Below, one piece after another: positions 22,791 to 53,790 of a stretch of DNA of 64,000 nt. The position numbers were made by a program, and so were the translations under genes. Below the pieces are notes generated by a model. It did not search any database, was not told the origin of the DNA, and saw only the letters and a list, made by a program, of their open reading frames with translations. The stretch's first letter is position 1, and each line of letters opens with the position of its first letter. Source of the DNA: Bugula neritina (taxonomy: Eukaryota; Animalia; Bryozoa); assembly GCA_964035545.1 (NCBI GenBank), contig OZ037766.1, positions 16,668,722 to 16,732,721 on the forward strand, in the 5' to 3' direction.

Positions 22791-25700
22791 ATGTCAGCTC
22801 TAGTCAACCAGCTGCCTGCTGAGCAGGCGCCACACATTGCTGCCATTGTAGACCAGATAAAATCACAGGGCATTTTTGACACTCTTCGCAAAGAATGTTT
22901 AGCTGATGTTGATACCAAGGTTAGCAAGCCTATCTTATTTTTTTCTGCTTCAGTATATAGGCATTGCTTTCTTACACAATGTTTTTTTTATTTTTTCATC
23001 GCTCTGGAAACTCGAAAAGTTGTCTTCTATTTTAGCCAGCTTACCAAAATCTGCGCCAAAAAGTAGAAAATGCATGCGCAAGTTTTTTGTCACGAATAAT
23101 TTGGTCTGCCAAGCTTAATAAAATTCAGCTTCGTGAGCAAATGAGGAAGAATCTTGAAGAGTAAGTAATATACTATTATCTCTTGTCCGCACTTTTTTAG
23201 CAATCAACTATGCTACTTAATAGCATACATGTGTGCTCATGGCCGATGTACTTTAGCTAGCATGTTGATTGTTTTCTAAACAATTAATATAATTGGAATG
23301 GGCAGTCAATGAATTGTCACAACTTTATAACTGCTAGTGTTCAACATGACAGATTGCAGATATGTGACAAGATATGCTCAGTGTTGCAAATTAGTCTAGC
23401 CACCGCCTTTAATATCAAAATTTACTTATCAATTTACATTCTGTTACTTGGTTTGATGAGGTAAAACACAGTTTTTTAATTCATACCATGTTATATATAA
23501 CCGAGTATAATATCCATATCTATATGCTCTGTGTACTTTATATATAAACAGCGCCTGTTCGCATATACTGCAGTTCTGGTGTTCTGCAATCGGGTGTGAA
23601 GCGAATAGCCAATCAGGTACTAACCCCAAAGATTGATAAAGAGTTGAAGCCTATGGTTGCCCAGTTTGTGTGTGAACATCTTGGAGTTAACCCGGACGAC
23701 ATTCACACAGGAGAAGAAGAGCTTGAAGGTAACATTTTCTGTTTCCTATTCACATATTGAAATTAGTTAACACGTCAAGCATGTGTTCTCTTTTCTTAAA
23801 TCATGGTACAGTAGTTGTATTAACTTTTTACATAAACGTCTGTTTTACGATTCAAAGATGAACTGAACTCTTAGTTAATTAAGAAGTTACTAGAAAATGA
23901 GAATCCTGTGGAATTTTTTCAATTCCCGTAAACTTACACAACAAATCTGTCTGAATTACTATAAGCTCTTTCATAGTATTTGGTATTGGTAAATTTGTGT
24001 ATTATATGCCTCTACATGTAAACAGTGTTGTAATTAGTAAAGGCTAAATTCTTCTCAAATTGGTTTATGCTTAAAAAATTTTTAGGCAAATTTTTATCTG
24101 AATTGCTCACAAGTTTTATAGTCAAGTTCACCTTATAACTTTGTTATTATACATTCAAAATATATTTAAAATGATTTTGCCTATAAAAATCTTACATGAA
24201 GATCAAGTCCATGTTTTTGAAGGTTCCCAGCCCGAGGTGCCTAATGAACCTGTTACATTATATCCCTTTAACCCGCTGGAGCCGCCGCCCACTACAACTG
24301 TCAATGGTCAACCCCCTCTGCCCGGATTTGATGAGTCTGAGGAATTGGGTGCTCATAGTAAGGAAACAGTTGCCGAGCCGTCTGCTGTACAAGAAGTGAG
24401 GTTTGAAGAGCCACAGTTGGTTAAAGAAGGGGCAGACAAACAAGATGATATGGACATCAGTGATAAGAGTGACTCTCGCTCCACATCGCGTGCCTCTACT
24501 AAGAAGAGTATAGACATGGATTGTACCATGACTTCTGATGAAGAAGCTGGTGAGACGTTCGCAGCGTCTATTACTATCATAACCATGTAGCAGCTATAAC
24601 TAATAGCACTCTTGTAAATATTCCAACTCGCTACATATCCTATTTGTATTGTGGTAATGCTTATGGATGTCATATAGTTAGTATAGCAACACAATTACAA
24701 TCTATTCATAAAAATTGTGTTTCCCAATGATAGTTATCCTGTGCACAAGGACAGTATGCTGCCTTTATCTATTACTCATTTTTACCAACAATGTTTGCAT
24801 AGATGAAGGCAAAGCTGGTGAGGATAGTGCTGACTTGTCAAAAGGCTTGGCAGCTTATATGGGAAATCTCCTTGCTGTAAATAAATCAGACAGTGATAAT
24901 ATGAGTATTAGCAGTAGCAGCAACAGTGAAATGAGCAGCAAACAAGGGAAAATAACTCCAGGTAATGATATGCATGTTTATTTTATGTTGGTACTGGAAA
25001 GTTGTAATTCTGTAGGCGAAAAAGCCTTACTTTAAACTAATATTTTGATATCGAAATTAGTATTAATAATGGTAATATTAATAATAGAAAATGCTTTTAG
25101 ATAATTACTAGAACAGAAATAAAGATTATAATAAAAGTAATTATATTACCAATCACAATCATATTTTGATATGAAATATTGATTGTAACATGTGGGTGAA
25201 TGCGCTGGCAGGTCATGTCAATGGTGTGCTAACTTATGTCAAGAAATGACAAAGCAGTCAGTTTGAACTAAATTGCAAGTTGACCTTTGTAATGCTTATT
25301 TAATAATTATTACCTTAATATAATGAGGCTGACTAAATTTTTAGCTATTTCAACTTTGTAATTGTTTATAAACAATTAATTTTATTAGAATGTATATTCA
25401 AATAGACACCTCAGCAAATTTTCCCACACTAAAATTTTAGCTAATTTGTTCAATTCATTGAAGGGAGTAGTTTAAAAATTATTGGGTTAATAAAAAATGT
25501 TAATTTTTATTTTTTGTAATTACTAAATACTCCGATTTTCTGTGAAATTGCTCATGTAATGCTTTCCATGTAGTAAAGATATAGAGTTTGCATATATGAA
25601 TTTCCAGGATTTGTAGCCTTTAGTCCTGCATTTTTACATAGCCTCTGTACCCTATACTTTGAAGCTGGTCATTATGTACCAAAATTGTTATTGTAGAGCC

Positions 25701-28700
25701 TTCCCAAGATACTAAAGACATTCCGGGAGGTTAGTTCTACCTCAAAAGTAAATTTTTTGCCCTGTGTAACGGTCCTAAGAATGTAATATATTTATTTTCA
25801 AGCTAGCACTTGGTATATTTATCTCTACCAATTTAAATTGACTGCATTTTATACTTGGACAGTCTTTTACATTCTTCTGTTGGTTACATACTCTAATCTT
25901 ATTGCAAACATTTTTACCAGGTTCTTTGCTAATGAAATTTCAATTGAATTTTAAACATTTTTTTCACCAATGTAATGAAATTTGTGTAAAAAAACCCAGT
26001 GGGTAATTTTTAGGGAAAAAGACAAGCAAGAGCTTGTCAACTGAGCGTGCTTTCCCAGAAAGGCGAGAGATGAGACGCAATCGAACAAGAAATAAAAAGT
26101 ACATGTCGGATGATTTTGAGTCCATCTTTACGGAGAAGAAAGACTTGCTAAGTGATGCTTATAATCAGGATTATGTAGAAGAAGAGATAGTTACTGCAGA
26201 TGACATGGTATGATAGAATAACTATTTTATAGTACTCAAATTACGTAGCCTTCATAACTTCTCCTTGACTAAACTATTTAATTTATTATTTTACCAGCTA
26301 TCACTCTAGTCTTTCCATCCAGTGGTTCAATCTTTTGATAAATATCAAAGCAAGCTATTTATTGTCATTCTGTATTATAAACGTAAAATAAATTAGCTTC
26401 AGCAACAATGTTTATTTGTGTTGAACTTTTAGATGTCACAAGTGGTACTCGAAGAAATGGCAGCAGAACCCCTAAAGGAGCCCCCTTTACCGGATGGTGA
26501 CAGGTAACTTCATAGTGTAGAAATTTTGACAACAAATCTAATAGATTGTAATTTACCACAATCAATCACATCTTTCTGTTTTACTCTAGACCTGATAGCC
26601 TAGGCACCTCCGAGAAATCTAGCAAACTCAATAAGGACACATCTCTTTCTTTACGGTTATCTGAATCCAATTCTGAAATACCCGCTAATATTTCTCTACA
26701 GAAGCACAACCACTCAAAACAATTTCCAAGTAAAAACTCTGAAAGTGTTGCAGAAGCTATAGCATCACAGCGATGTACTCGCTCTACTGCTAAGGGGTTG
26801 GCTGGCTCCCCACTAGTAGACCAATCACCTGGCTCCACCCCTGTCAAGGATGAGCAAATGGATGATGAATCAGTCATGCCAATGGTAGTTCTGTCAGATA
26901 TATGTGCTCTGCAATCTCGCCTCTCACCTCCATCGCCAACAGAAAGGAGTGAAGTGATTGAGCAACATAAACTCACGGAAGATGTAGGTTTGGATGCAGT
27001 GCCAGCTGCTAATATCCTACAACCTACAACAAATGAACCAATAGCAGAGCAGACGTGGTCACCGGATGAGCAGCTGACAGACTCCTATGAGCCAGAGTTA
27101 CACTTTGATGAAATGAGTAAGGTTGTAAAGGAAGAGACAAGCCAGTCTAGATCCACTAGTGCCAATGACATGACCCCTACAATGGATGAACGGCATAGTC
27201 CTGACAGACTTACTGACTCTCCCACTAGCCCAACACCTTCTAGTCCTACTGATCCTTCAGCTTATTCATCTCTACCTAACACATCCATAATTACTATTCC
27301 ACTAGAAGAAGACAACTTCTGTCAATCTATACCACTTCCAGTCCAATCGCATATATCTACATTTCCTACAGGTACATGATGTTTTATTTAGCATATAACA
27401 TAAGTTACTTGTTCTAAATAATAAACTATATTTTTTAGTACAGTGGTTTATTAGTGCAGTGCAGCACTGCATTTACTTTGCTGAACTAGATTACTATGCA
27501 ATGGCTGCTTTACAATATGTGTCGTATAGTATCAATATATTAGTCTATTCAATGTTCAATGCATAAGACAGCTTTGTTAGTTATTTTTATTAATCTCCTC
27601 AAGTTAGTAGCTTATCATATATGTGAATTGGTGGGAAGGTACTAACTGAAAATTTTAATATAAATGAGATTTTTTAATTTAATGGGAGTTGTTGTCTTTT
27701 TTAAACATGCAAATATAAGAAATATTTTATCGTAATTAAAGCACACAATCACCTAAAAAATAATAAACTATGCAGCTAGCATTTTGTATAGAATTTGTAT
27801 TATATGAGTAATGGTAGCGTTTTCAAAGAATTTTCATTGGAAATTCAATTGTTATAAATCAAAATATAATCCCAAGTTGTGGTTGTTTATCATCAATGTA
27901 ATATAATTAAAATGCTAGCTGTTTCTAACTCATAATTGATAGATTTTTTTTGCAGCAGAGCAGCCACCTCTCCCTCCAGAGTTGCCTCCCTTACCAGGTG
28001 AATGTAGTGCTGTGGCGGGGGCGTTACTACCTCCTGAGCCCGAGTTAGAAGAGGAGGAAGGTGGTGAAGATGAAAATGCTGTGTATCATGTGGTGGATGA
28101 AGTAGGGGCGGATGAAGGGGATTCCTTTTCCCAAAATGAAGAGGAGGCTGTGGATTTTGAAGAACAGAGTTTAGGAAATGAATATGAGGAAGAAGATCTT
28201 GAAGAGTTAGAGAGGCTAGCTCAGAGGAAGCTGGAAATACTCAAGGCCATCGAGCTGCCAGACTCAGTTGTGAGATATTTTTTCTACCGTTTATAAATTA
28301 TTCTAATCTTGCATACTTCTTGTTATTACATCCTGAATTTTACATTTACTTCATGTTGCGAGAATGAATATCATTTGCATAGCTGTTCTTTCCATGCATT
28401 AGAAATATTTCAGTAGCTGTCACCAGAGTATGCAGTTTACAAAAAACTGGCACTTCTTTCACTCTGCCTAGTCCTTCTAACTTCTGAAAGTTACAGGATC
28501 CTTTATGAATAATCGAATGCAGGTTGTTTTACTTTTTAATGCCGTATTTACATGGCCAACGATTTCAGCTGAACAACAGTCATCTAATTGTCCAACATTA
28601 AGTCTAGATAGTTTGTAGTCACGAGACTACCAAGGTTTTAATGAAATCCAATAAAGCTGGTTAGCTGTTTTCAATTAGTAAAAACCACTGCAAACTATTA

Positions 28701-28765
28701 ATGAAGCAACAAAAATTCTTATAGTGGATGCTAAGCTTTTTAAGCAGATTTCTCTCAATTCTAAT

Positions 28766-28820
<55 letters not shown>

Positions 28821-29349
28821 TTCTGAGTGCTGCTAAGTTACGTTATTGTGTCTGTAATTTTCATAATAATCAGTACTATGAGCCAACCAGGTTCCGAGTA
28901 ATTACCTACAGGCTACTCTAATACTAGAAGATAGACACATTTTCTTCAGAAAACTGATTTTTCTTAGGGACTTTTGTGTATGTGGTAACTACCTCAACAT
29001 TTAATTGCAGTTTCAAATTGTAAAGCATTCTACAATGTGTAACTATATTTTGTGGTTTTGATTGGCCCAGGCTGCACTCTATATCTTTTGATGTCACAGA
29101 TCAGCAGGTTAGAATATGCTTTATACTTGCTTGTCTTATTGAATGTAGTTAGAAAAGACTGGTGAAATTATTGACTCATCTGAAGAAGGAGAAATTAGTG
29201 ACAGTAGTGAAGATGATAGGTCACGATCAAAAAAGAAGAAGTCTAAAAAAAGTAAGAAGAAAAAAAGTAAAAAAGAATCTAAAAAAAGAAAATATCGAGA
29301 TGCAGATCATGATATGGGTAACCTTTTTAAACGTTCCAAGTACTCTTGA
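22791..29349 (+). CDS. BOD1L1: BOD1/BOD1L-family protein (N-terminal Shg1/BOD1 domain, long disordered tail), ~818 aa, 10 coding exons
   Basis: Exons 22791-22919, 23036-23160, 23574-23728, 24223-24549, 24803-24961, 26014-26207, 26433-26503, 26590-27371, 27956-28269, 29149-29349 (2457 nt, in phase). Diagnostic IKSQGIFDTLRKECLADVDTKPAYQNLRQKVE...LNKIQLRE. Exons after exon 3 rest on splice and phase logic only; BOD1 vs BOD1L orthology is unresolved. Confidence 0.82.
28768..28818. repeat. (TA)n microsatellite
   Basis: Uninterrupted TA run. Confidence 0.95.
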
Positions 29350-29528
29350 CTACAAAGATATTTACTTTCCTATTTTTACACTGCTGTTACCATTTGGAAT
29401 GACTCTTTGTTTTAGCACAATTTTCTATTGTCTGTTTATGTAATTTATTTTGTTATTTTTTTATGAAAATATTATGAAAACAATTAGCACTCAGATTCAT
29501 GAACAAATAATGCTTAAAATTGTTTTTG

Positions 29529-29593
29529 AATAAAATATTGAGAAGTTGTACATGCAATGGCAATGTTTTTGATAATTCAATATAAAATTTATT
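29529..29593. terminator. Opposed polyadenylation signals of convergent BOD1L-like (+) and GNAS (-)
   Basis: AATAAA at 29529-29534 (+) and TTTATT at 29588-29593 (AATAAA on -). Confidence 0.4.
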
Positions 29594-31418
29594 TGAAAAT
29601 GGCACTTGCCAGTTACACATGATAAAATTAATACCAGTAATCGCAATATCAGAAATCTATGTTCTTAAGTCTAAGTTATTTCACAACAGAAGTCCAAAGT
29701 AAAAATCTATTCAAATGTTTGACTAGAGTACAATTGTATTGAGAAAATATGAAGATGCAATTAGTCAAATCCACTACTTCAGTATCATCTGTTGCTCTTT
29801 CATTTGTCATAATATTAAATATATACTATAAAGATATAGACGTACTATAAGCATACAAATTACAATGATAATCATATCTGTACATTGAGATGAGAGATGT
29901 ACCTATGTTAAATGTACACTAAACTTACAACAATAATATATAAAAACCATCACATATGAAGTTTATAGACATTGCTCATGATTTTATCATAGCAAGATCT
30001 ACACAGACAAGAAAATAAGAAATATATTTTTATATAGAATACGATTTGTAAATGTTAAATACAAATATGCTCATCTACGTTTTAGCTACAATGGTAGTGT
30101 TGGTTTATAATAAGATCTTATTATAGCGCAGCTGTACTACAATACTTACTGTAAAGAAATTTCAACAAATACATTATTTTTAAATATGTGAGAATAGATT
30201 TAAATCAATAAACTTAGCCAACTTGAAGAGAAAATAACATGGTAAGGCTGCAAGACCACAAGCCCCAAATCTATAACCAATAGCCACAAAGAACTATAAT
30301 GTAAGCTGGGAAAAGTATCCACTTCAAAGAGTTCTTCCAGAAAAAAATCACTAATATATACAGATTACAAAATCCTTGTAGTTGAACCTACTAACATGGT
30401 CTAATGTAAGATGGCCCAACTGCCAGCAGCAGCTCAACATAGAGAATAGAATAAGGACAGCTGCGGATCCGTCAGACACAACCAATGAACATGGAGATTA
30501 CAGCCCCAAGTCATAACAAAAGGAACACGTTCTTTAGTTATGCCAAGACAATATGTTGCCGGTGTAGGTAAACTTATGAACATAGCCAGAGTGTTGCCCC
30601 TCATAGCTTAAACATGATATTTTAAAGGTAGAAAACCTGCCAACTCATCATGCATTGATGATCATGATTATCTTATTCAACGATTAACATGTTAAGATGT
30701 TTCTGAAGCATTTCATACTATTTTCAGTCATATAATAATTCATTTAAAATCAGTTCAGAAATAGTCGTTCAAAGATTAATTGATTTCTTACTGATAAACT
30801 AGTTTAATTTTTAATCTATTAGCAAATGAAATTTTAACTATTGAGATTTGTAAAAATTAGCTCATCTAAAAAAGTGTTAGTCTAAGTCTTTAGATTTTAA
30901 TTTAAAATGTTTTAAATTAGCAAGTGCAGAGTTCAGACTAAATGAGTTAGCTATATTGAGTTTGGTTGTTCATCATACTTGTAGATACAAAATTGAGATT
31001 GTAGAATAGAATAAGTGCACAGATTGCCTTTTAGATGGTTTGAAAAAGCATAAAACTTTCCAACCATTTTTTTACCTTACTGCCAACCACCCTGTGATTA
31101 AAACTAAATTACCGTAATGTCTGGCTACACTCATAAGTCATGTCTTCAGAAAAGAACTGACTGCAAGTAATGGCTAGTCTGCAGAAAGAACCAATCTCAA
31201 CATATGCCGACTTTTAGACTTTCAAGATCCCAACTCAAATAGACCAGATACAAGTCCTATAATACAGCTGTCAATTAGGCGTCAGTTTTTATAGAGAGCA
31301 CAACTCCAAAATGTGCTGCAGCCATGATCAGACAACTTCAATATTTTACAGAGAAACTATCACTAACAAAGAGCTAGATTAGATAGTCAAGATTAATTAG
31401 CTAGCTATCAACGAGAGG

Positions 31419-48311
<16,893 letters not shown>

Positions 48312-49753
48312 TGTAATGAGTAGGGATAAGTAATAACTAGTGTGTACGAGTATGATAACCTACTCAGCGGCTCTTTCTTCTCTCTCTTTGACTGCTAAAT
48401 TATTCTATACAAATTTTTTCATAGCACTCATCTTTTTTACAAACGTGTCAGAAGTAGAATGGAGAGCTAACTACTGTAAATTCAGAGAAATTTGCAACTA
48501 CATGCAACTTGAAGAAAATTAATCCATCAGCTGATGTCTGTACTTCTACAAGAAATCTGAAGACCTCAGTGGTACAAGCATGTCAGCTGAACTTGTTAGA
48601 AGATGATGTGTTGTAGAACATTAGCATCAGCCAATTCAAGCTTGGATCTAAATAAAAACAAACTAAAATTTGAATAATGTCATATCTATCTAGAATGCAA
48701 AGTATTTAGTAGTGTATTGAAGTATGTTGTAACGTGAAAGCTATTTACATGTATTTATTGTCATTGTTATATTAAGTGAAACTAACCAAGTAAAATTAAG
48801 CAAAAACTGCTACAAAGTATGGCCACAAAATGTGCAGAATTTAGCACTGCAGCTACTTGATTATCAACTAGGGATAGGTTGTTGCTTTTGCTTAAAATGT
48901 TACGTGTAACATTGGGAATTTGCTGCCAACTACAGGCACCACATTAAGTAGAGAGTGCCTTATCAGATATTCATGATTCAACCTACAGCTTGTCTGAAAC
49001 TAAAGCAAAAAATTCCATGCTAAATGCCAATTAGCTTTAAATTACATCACTAAATTTTTTCATCAGTTTTAGTTTTAAAAAAGGGAACAAGTTTTAAAAT
49101 GCAAAGACAATTATCTGTATTAATTGTAAATTACAAACCATATCAGACTAGTGTTTTAAGACAAAGAAAACATAATTTGAACTCTATTTAACATATCTAC
49201 CAGCTTTTAGAATATTTTTCATTTTTCTAGCACAAAGCCGATTTTACTTTTACATTTATGTTTTCTACCTCTATAAATTTAAATTGAAAGTACCAGTATC
49301 ACAGGAATATTTGGTTAGTCATCAAGTGTTGGCTGAAAAAAAATTTATTTTCTAAGTAGTTAATGAACATTGAACCAGAGCCTGGTACAATGAGGAGACA
49401 AGGGCACAGCATCTACTACCAGCAGTAATGACAGTAATGGTATTGGCGTGACTAGTTTAAGTAATGGGAAAAATATATGAAGCAAAAATCAAGTGAGAGG
49501 CATATCAGTAACTTTCAAAAGCAATAGCTAGCTTTTAAGTAATTTTTCTAAAAGATGTCAGGAGTTTGTTTAAAATTAGTTGGGCTGTTTCATCTTTTCA
49601 AAACTAGGTGAATATGAACAATACATGCACACAAACACATCTTAGTAGTCTATGATTCAATAAACTATTCAAAGCTACTAGTATCTGAGCAAATACAATT
49701 TTAAATATTTGAATAGTATATTTGTTTAGCTCCTCTCCCAAAGGGTAGTCATA

Positions 49754-50155
49754 CGGTTTCATCCCAAATAGACGCTTCCCACTTAGACGCTATTTTTTAT
49801 TTTGGTACAATATATATAGTAATATATACATACTTGTATAACTGTAGTACTGATTACTAAACATGAAATAATAGTTAATATGAATTATCTGGAATAATAT
49901 TCCAATTTTGGATGCCGTTCAACACCTGGTTTCTCACTTCTAAGTTGCAGTTGTAATATAGCAGTATGTGATATATCATGAAATGTATTTATGTATTGTA
50001 TTCTGCAAATATATCACTTAATAAAAATATTTAATATTTGTATCTTAATATACTGTGTCTATCTTTTATCTTAAAACTTTGTGTCAGATGGCTTCTTATT
50101 GAAGCATATATTTCAATAATATTCAAATAAATTGCACGTAGAATACATATATTGA
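49754..50155. mobile_element. One-ended inverted copy of the 21604-22086 MITE family
   Basis: TA|CGGTTTCATCCCAAATAGACGCTTCCCACTTAGACGC...ATTTTGGTAC...ATCTGGAATAATATT matches the reverse complement of ~21910-22086. 50100-50154 matches the reverse complement of ~21697-21745. Confidence 0.75.
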
Positions 50156-52379
50156 CACCAGTTATACTTGTTAATCTGTCAACTTATAGAATTGACCCAT
50201 AGTTAAACTAACATCCACTTTAACTAAATTTTCTCTATTTTTAAACAATTTCTGAACCATCAAAATCTTCTATAACAAATGTATTTAAAAATTGTAAGCC
50301 TATGATTCTCTATTTTGTTTGAGGAATAGTTTCATTTATAAATGAAAACTTTTTTGTGTAAGTTTCAAACAGTGGTGCATGGCAAGACAAGGTCCATCAA
50401 TAGCAAGTTGAATTTCACATTAATAAGCAATTGAAGAGCTACAAAGCAAAAAATATTTTTGCTTATCAAGAAGTAAAGATTGACCGACAGTCAAAAAGTT
50501 ATAATATAGACTTTTCTTCTCTCAACAGCACTGTGGTACACTAGGATAAAAATTAGATATTGCATATATAGCTAGATCACATTGAAAGCTCATTTTTAAA
50601 CATATCAGATTAGTGTTTGATCAAAGTGAATGGAGTCAGAATCACTACTTAATATCTGTAACATTCAATGGGAAACAGAAAGTGTGCCTATTGACATAAT
50701 ATATTCATTTACTTTTATTGATTCCGGTTAAATTGAAAAGAAACAATAATTAAATGATAATATTCTGATTGTGGTTCACACAAATTACTAATGATTTTTC
50801 GCAACTACTCACTTCAAATAAATATATTATCAGTTTTGTTCTAATAGTTTCACTTCACGATTAATACTTAATAAATATTTTTTGAATATACTAATAAAGC
50901 CTATATATAGGCTAAAAGTAAATGAAACCAACTCAAAAGTAAACTTTAGGCTTCAAGGTTTAAAAGGTCATTTGGTAACTTAAACATAAAAAAGCTTCTA
51001 CTTTGGTCAGTCAACCAGCAACAGGTATTAAGATCACTTACACTATCATAAGCCCTTCTGTATCATAAAATTGATTCTCATAGTGCATTAAATTTTATTT
51101 TAGGTATATTTGACTAACTATTTTTTAATAAAAAGGTGCTACGGATCTACAAGTGCCAAGTAAAGTGGCAATGACTGGGAGTAAGAAAACATGTTGTCAA
51201 GCTCAATTTTTTACTTACTAAAATAGTTTACCTAATGCAGCATACATTGATGTATCCAAAAACATTAATATGGCCAAGAAAACACTGGGATTTATCTCAA
51301 TTATTTTCAGTGCTATTATGAACATTTTACCAGCTATAAAAATTAGGGTTATCTTTCAATACAGTTTTTTGTATTGCTACCCTAATAACAAAAATTAAAT
51401 ACTTTAGTTTTAAACCATTCAATTATTTTGGCATTTATTTTAAATACACATGTTTATTTTTTCAACTAATTATTGCAATCAACTGTATTTTATCAAATAA
51501 TTTCTTCATATGATGCATCCAGTATCCACCATTATTTTTTACTCATTAAAGTTTTTTCATCACTTGCAGGCTAATTATTGTCATGACTCTTACATAACTG
51601 ATTGGTTTTTAACAAATATAACTAGAACTCGAGCTACTAACTTTTTAGAGCTTTTTATTTCCACTTCTATTACATTTGAATTTAACTGGGCATTCCAGAT
51701 TTAAGCTTAGCCAACTAGTTAGTTGATATGAAACTACTTCGCCACACATCTGATGAGTGTGAGCGTATTATACATATAATTATTACAAGAGTGGTACTTA
51801 AAAGAAATTATGCAAGTGTGTAGCTGTGATTATTAGTAGTATAATCATTTTAATTGAAAGTATCCTACTAGTAGTATGCATACAATTATATTAGACACTA
51901 GGTGTAGGTATACTTGTAACAATATAGCCCTACCGTCACCACAAAAAACATTTATTAATAATTACAATAAGAGTTCTGGTAGTAATCAACAATGGTCCAG
52001 GTTGATTTTTCAAGAAGTATTCAACAGTTTTGTTTGTGTTCCTGGTACTGTAACTGTATATACTACATTTGCTATCACAAAAATTACTGTGTTCCTACTA
52101 ACTGCAAGTATTATTTTTCTACATTTACAGTAGAAAGTTCTAGAAGTGCTGTTAGAGCTGCTTTTATTTAATTAATAATTTCATGAATAATCAAACATGT
52201 GCAATAAGCTTAGTATAGGATAACCATAAATTGAAATGTCAGATATCACTTTGAATATGAACAGCACAGCGAGTACTACAAAAGTTCAAACCAGTGAGTA
52301 CTATCTTTATACCTATTGAATATCATCATCTCATGAATGCAGCACTTTAAATTTATATAAGTTGAAGTTCATCATTGGG

Positions 52380-53400
52380 TGGTGCTATGAGTATGACCAT
52401 GATTACAATCAACTCATCATAATCATGAATAAACATGTTTATGCCTTATAGTATAAGAAATGTTCATATTGAGTTTATACAGATACTTATAGACTACATT
52501 TTTCATTTTTTGTTATTACTACACTGGTGCTGGTACACTTATAACTATAATTATAATATAATATTTATAATAATTATATAGGTAGCAATTAATATTATAT
52601 TGTAAAGAAATTAAATATATATAACTACATATGACTAGTAGCACTAGTAGTTTTAAATCAGAGTAACGGTAAGTAACACTAACTGTACCTGAAACTTTTT
52701 ATTTACAAATTGAAATTGGATTGTTTACAAACTAAAATAAGCACAACCCATAGGCATAAGTCATAAGAACAATCACAAACATAATGACAATGCTGATGGC
52801 AAACAAATTTAAATTGTCATTATAAATACAATATATTTTTTCAATGTCGATAAGAATATTCATATTGATATCAACATAAGTATTAGTATCATTTATTGAC
52901 AATCAAAACGGCCTTAGTGGCAAGTCATAAAAATAAGTTTAGAAATCCAATCTTATTTTAATTTTAGTTCTAAAGTTACAATAATCCTTTAGGTTTATAG
53001 TTTATTGAAAATTCACATTATGATTATGATTATTATTACTATAGAATAACCACAATAATTAACTTTCATTTCAACTTGAACTCAAAGTAAAAGACTAAGA
53101 CTAAGAATAAAAATAAAACTGAAAGTAAATAACTAGAAGTAAAAGTTAAAGTAAAGCTTTAGTTTACGTTTACTTTACTTTTAGTTTTACTATAACTTGA
53201 AGTTTAACTTTTACTTTAAGTTTAAGCTTTCATAAATATATTAATATTTTAAATCTACTTTTACATTTAGTATTAGCCAAACTTAATTGTTTAAGAAAAC
53301 ATCACTAAGTAAGATGTTGATTCAAAATGTTTCAACAGAAACTTGGAAAAAGAAACTATAAATAGTAATCACAAAAACTATAATCACAGAATTAAAGTCA
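52380..53400. repeat. Degenerate 3/6-nt periodic AT-rich tract (GNAS 5' region)
   Basis: Example: aagactaagactaagaataaaaataaaactgaaagta...tttagtttacgtttactttacttttagttttactataacttgaagtttaacttttactttaagtttaag. Confidence 0.75.
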
Positions 53401-53409
53401 AAGTGACAA

Positions 53410-53540
53410 AACTACCCAGGTGACCGCTTTCAGGTTTGTAGCAACCACTGACTTCCGGTAATTACAACTTCTACGTAGGCGTGGCTAAAGCAACTCTGAA
53501 GGAAGACAATTACTAATTAGTATAATATTCAGAGCGGTTC
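53410..53540 (-). promoter_or_regulatory. Putative GNAS promoter (ETS site, CpG patch)
   Basis: ACTTCCGG (CCGGAAGT on -) at 53451-53458 in a local CpG-containing patch. Candidate minus-strand donors at 53415 and 52688; strong acceptor at 48648-48649. Confidence 0.4.
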
Positions 53541-53727
53541 ATAAATATTATTAGTTTTCCAAAAATTCATAGTGACCTAAATTTGTTTTGAAGTTTACTG
53601 TTAAATTGAGTTTCACATGATGGACACACGTAGATATTTTAGAAGCTTGCACTATGTTATTTACATGATGAATAGTATTTTCAGTAACAACCAGTGTTAC
53701 ATACATCTACACACATCTGTGTAGACA

Positions 53728-53790
53728 GGTGCACAGACGCATGCACGCTCGCACACACACAAACACACACACATGCACACACACACAGTG
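53728..53790. repeat. Imperfect (CA)n microsatellite
   Basis: gcacacacacaaacacacacacatgcacacacacac. Confidence 0.85.

Noticed and set aside
29162-29443. 93-aa Lys-rich ORF in the track as last BOD1L exon
   Set aside because: Splice phase from 28269 to 29149 selects the other frame, ending at TGA 29347-29349.
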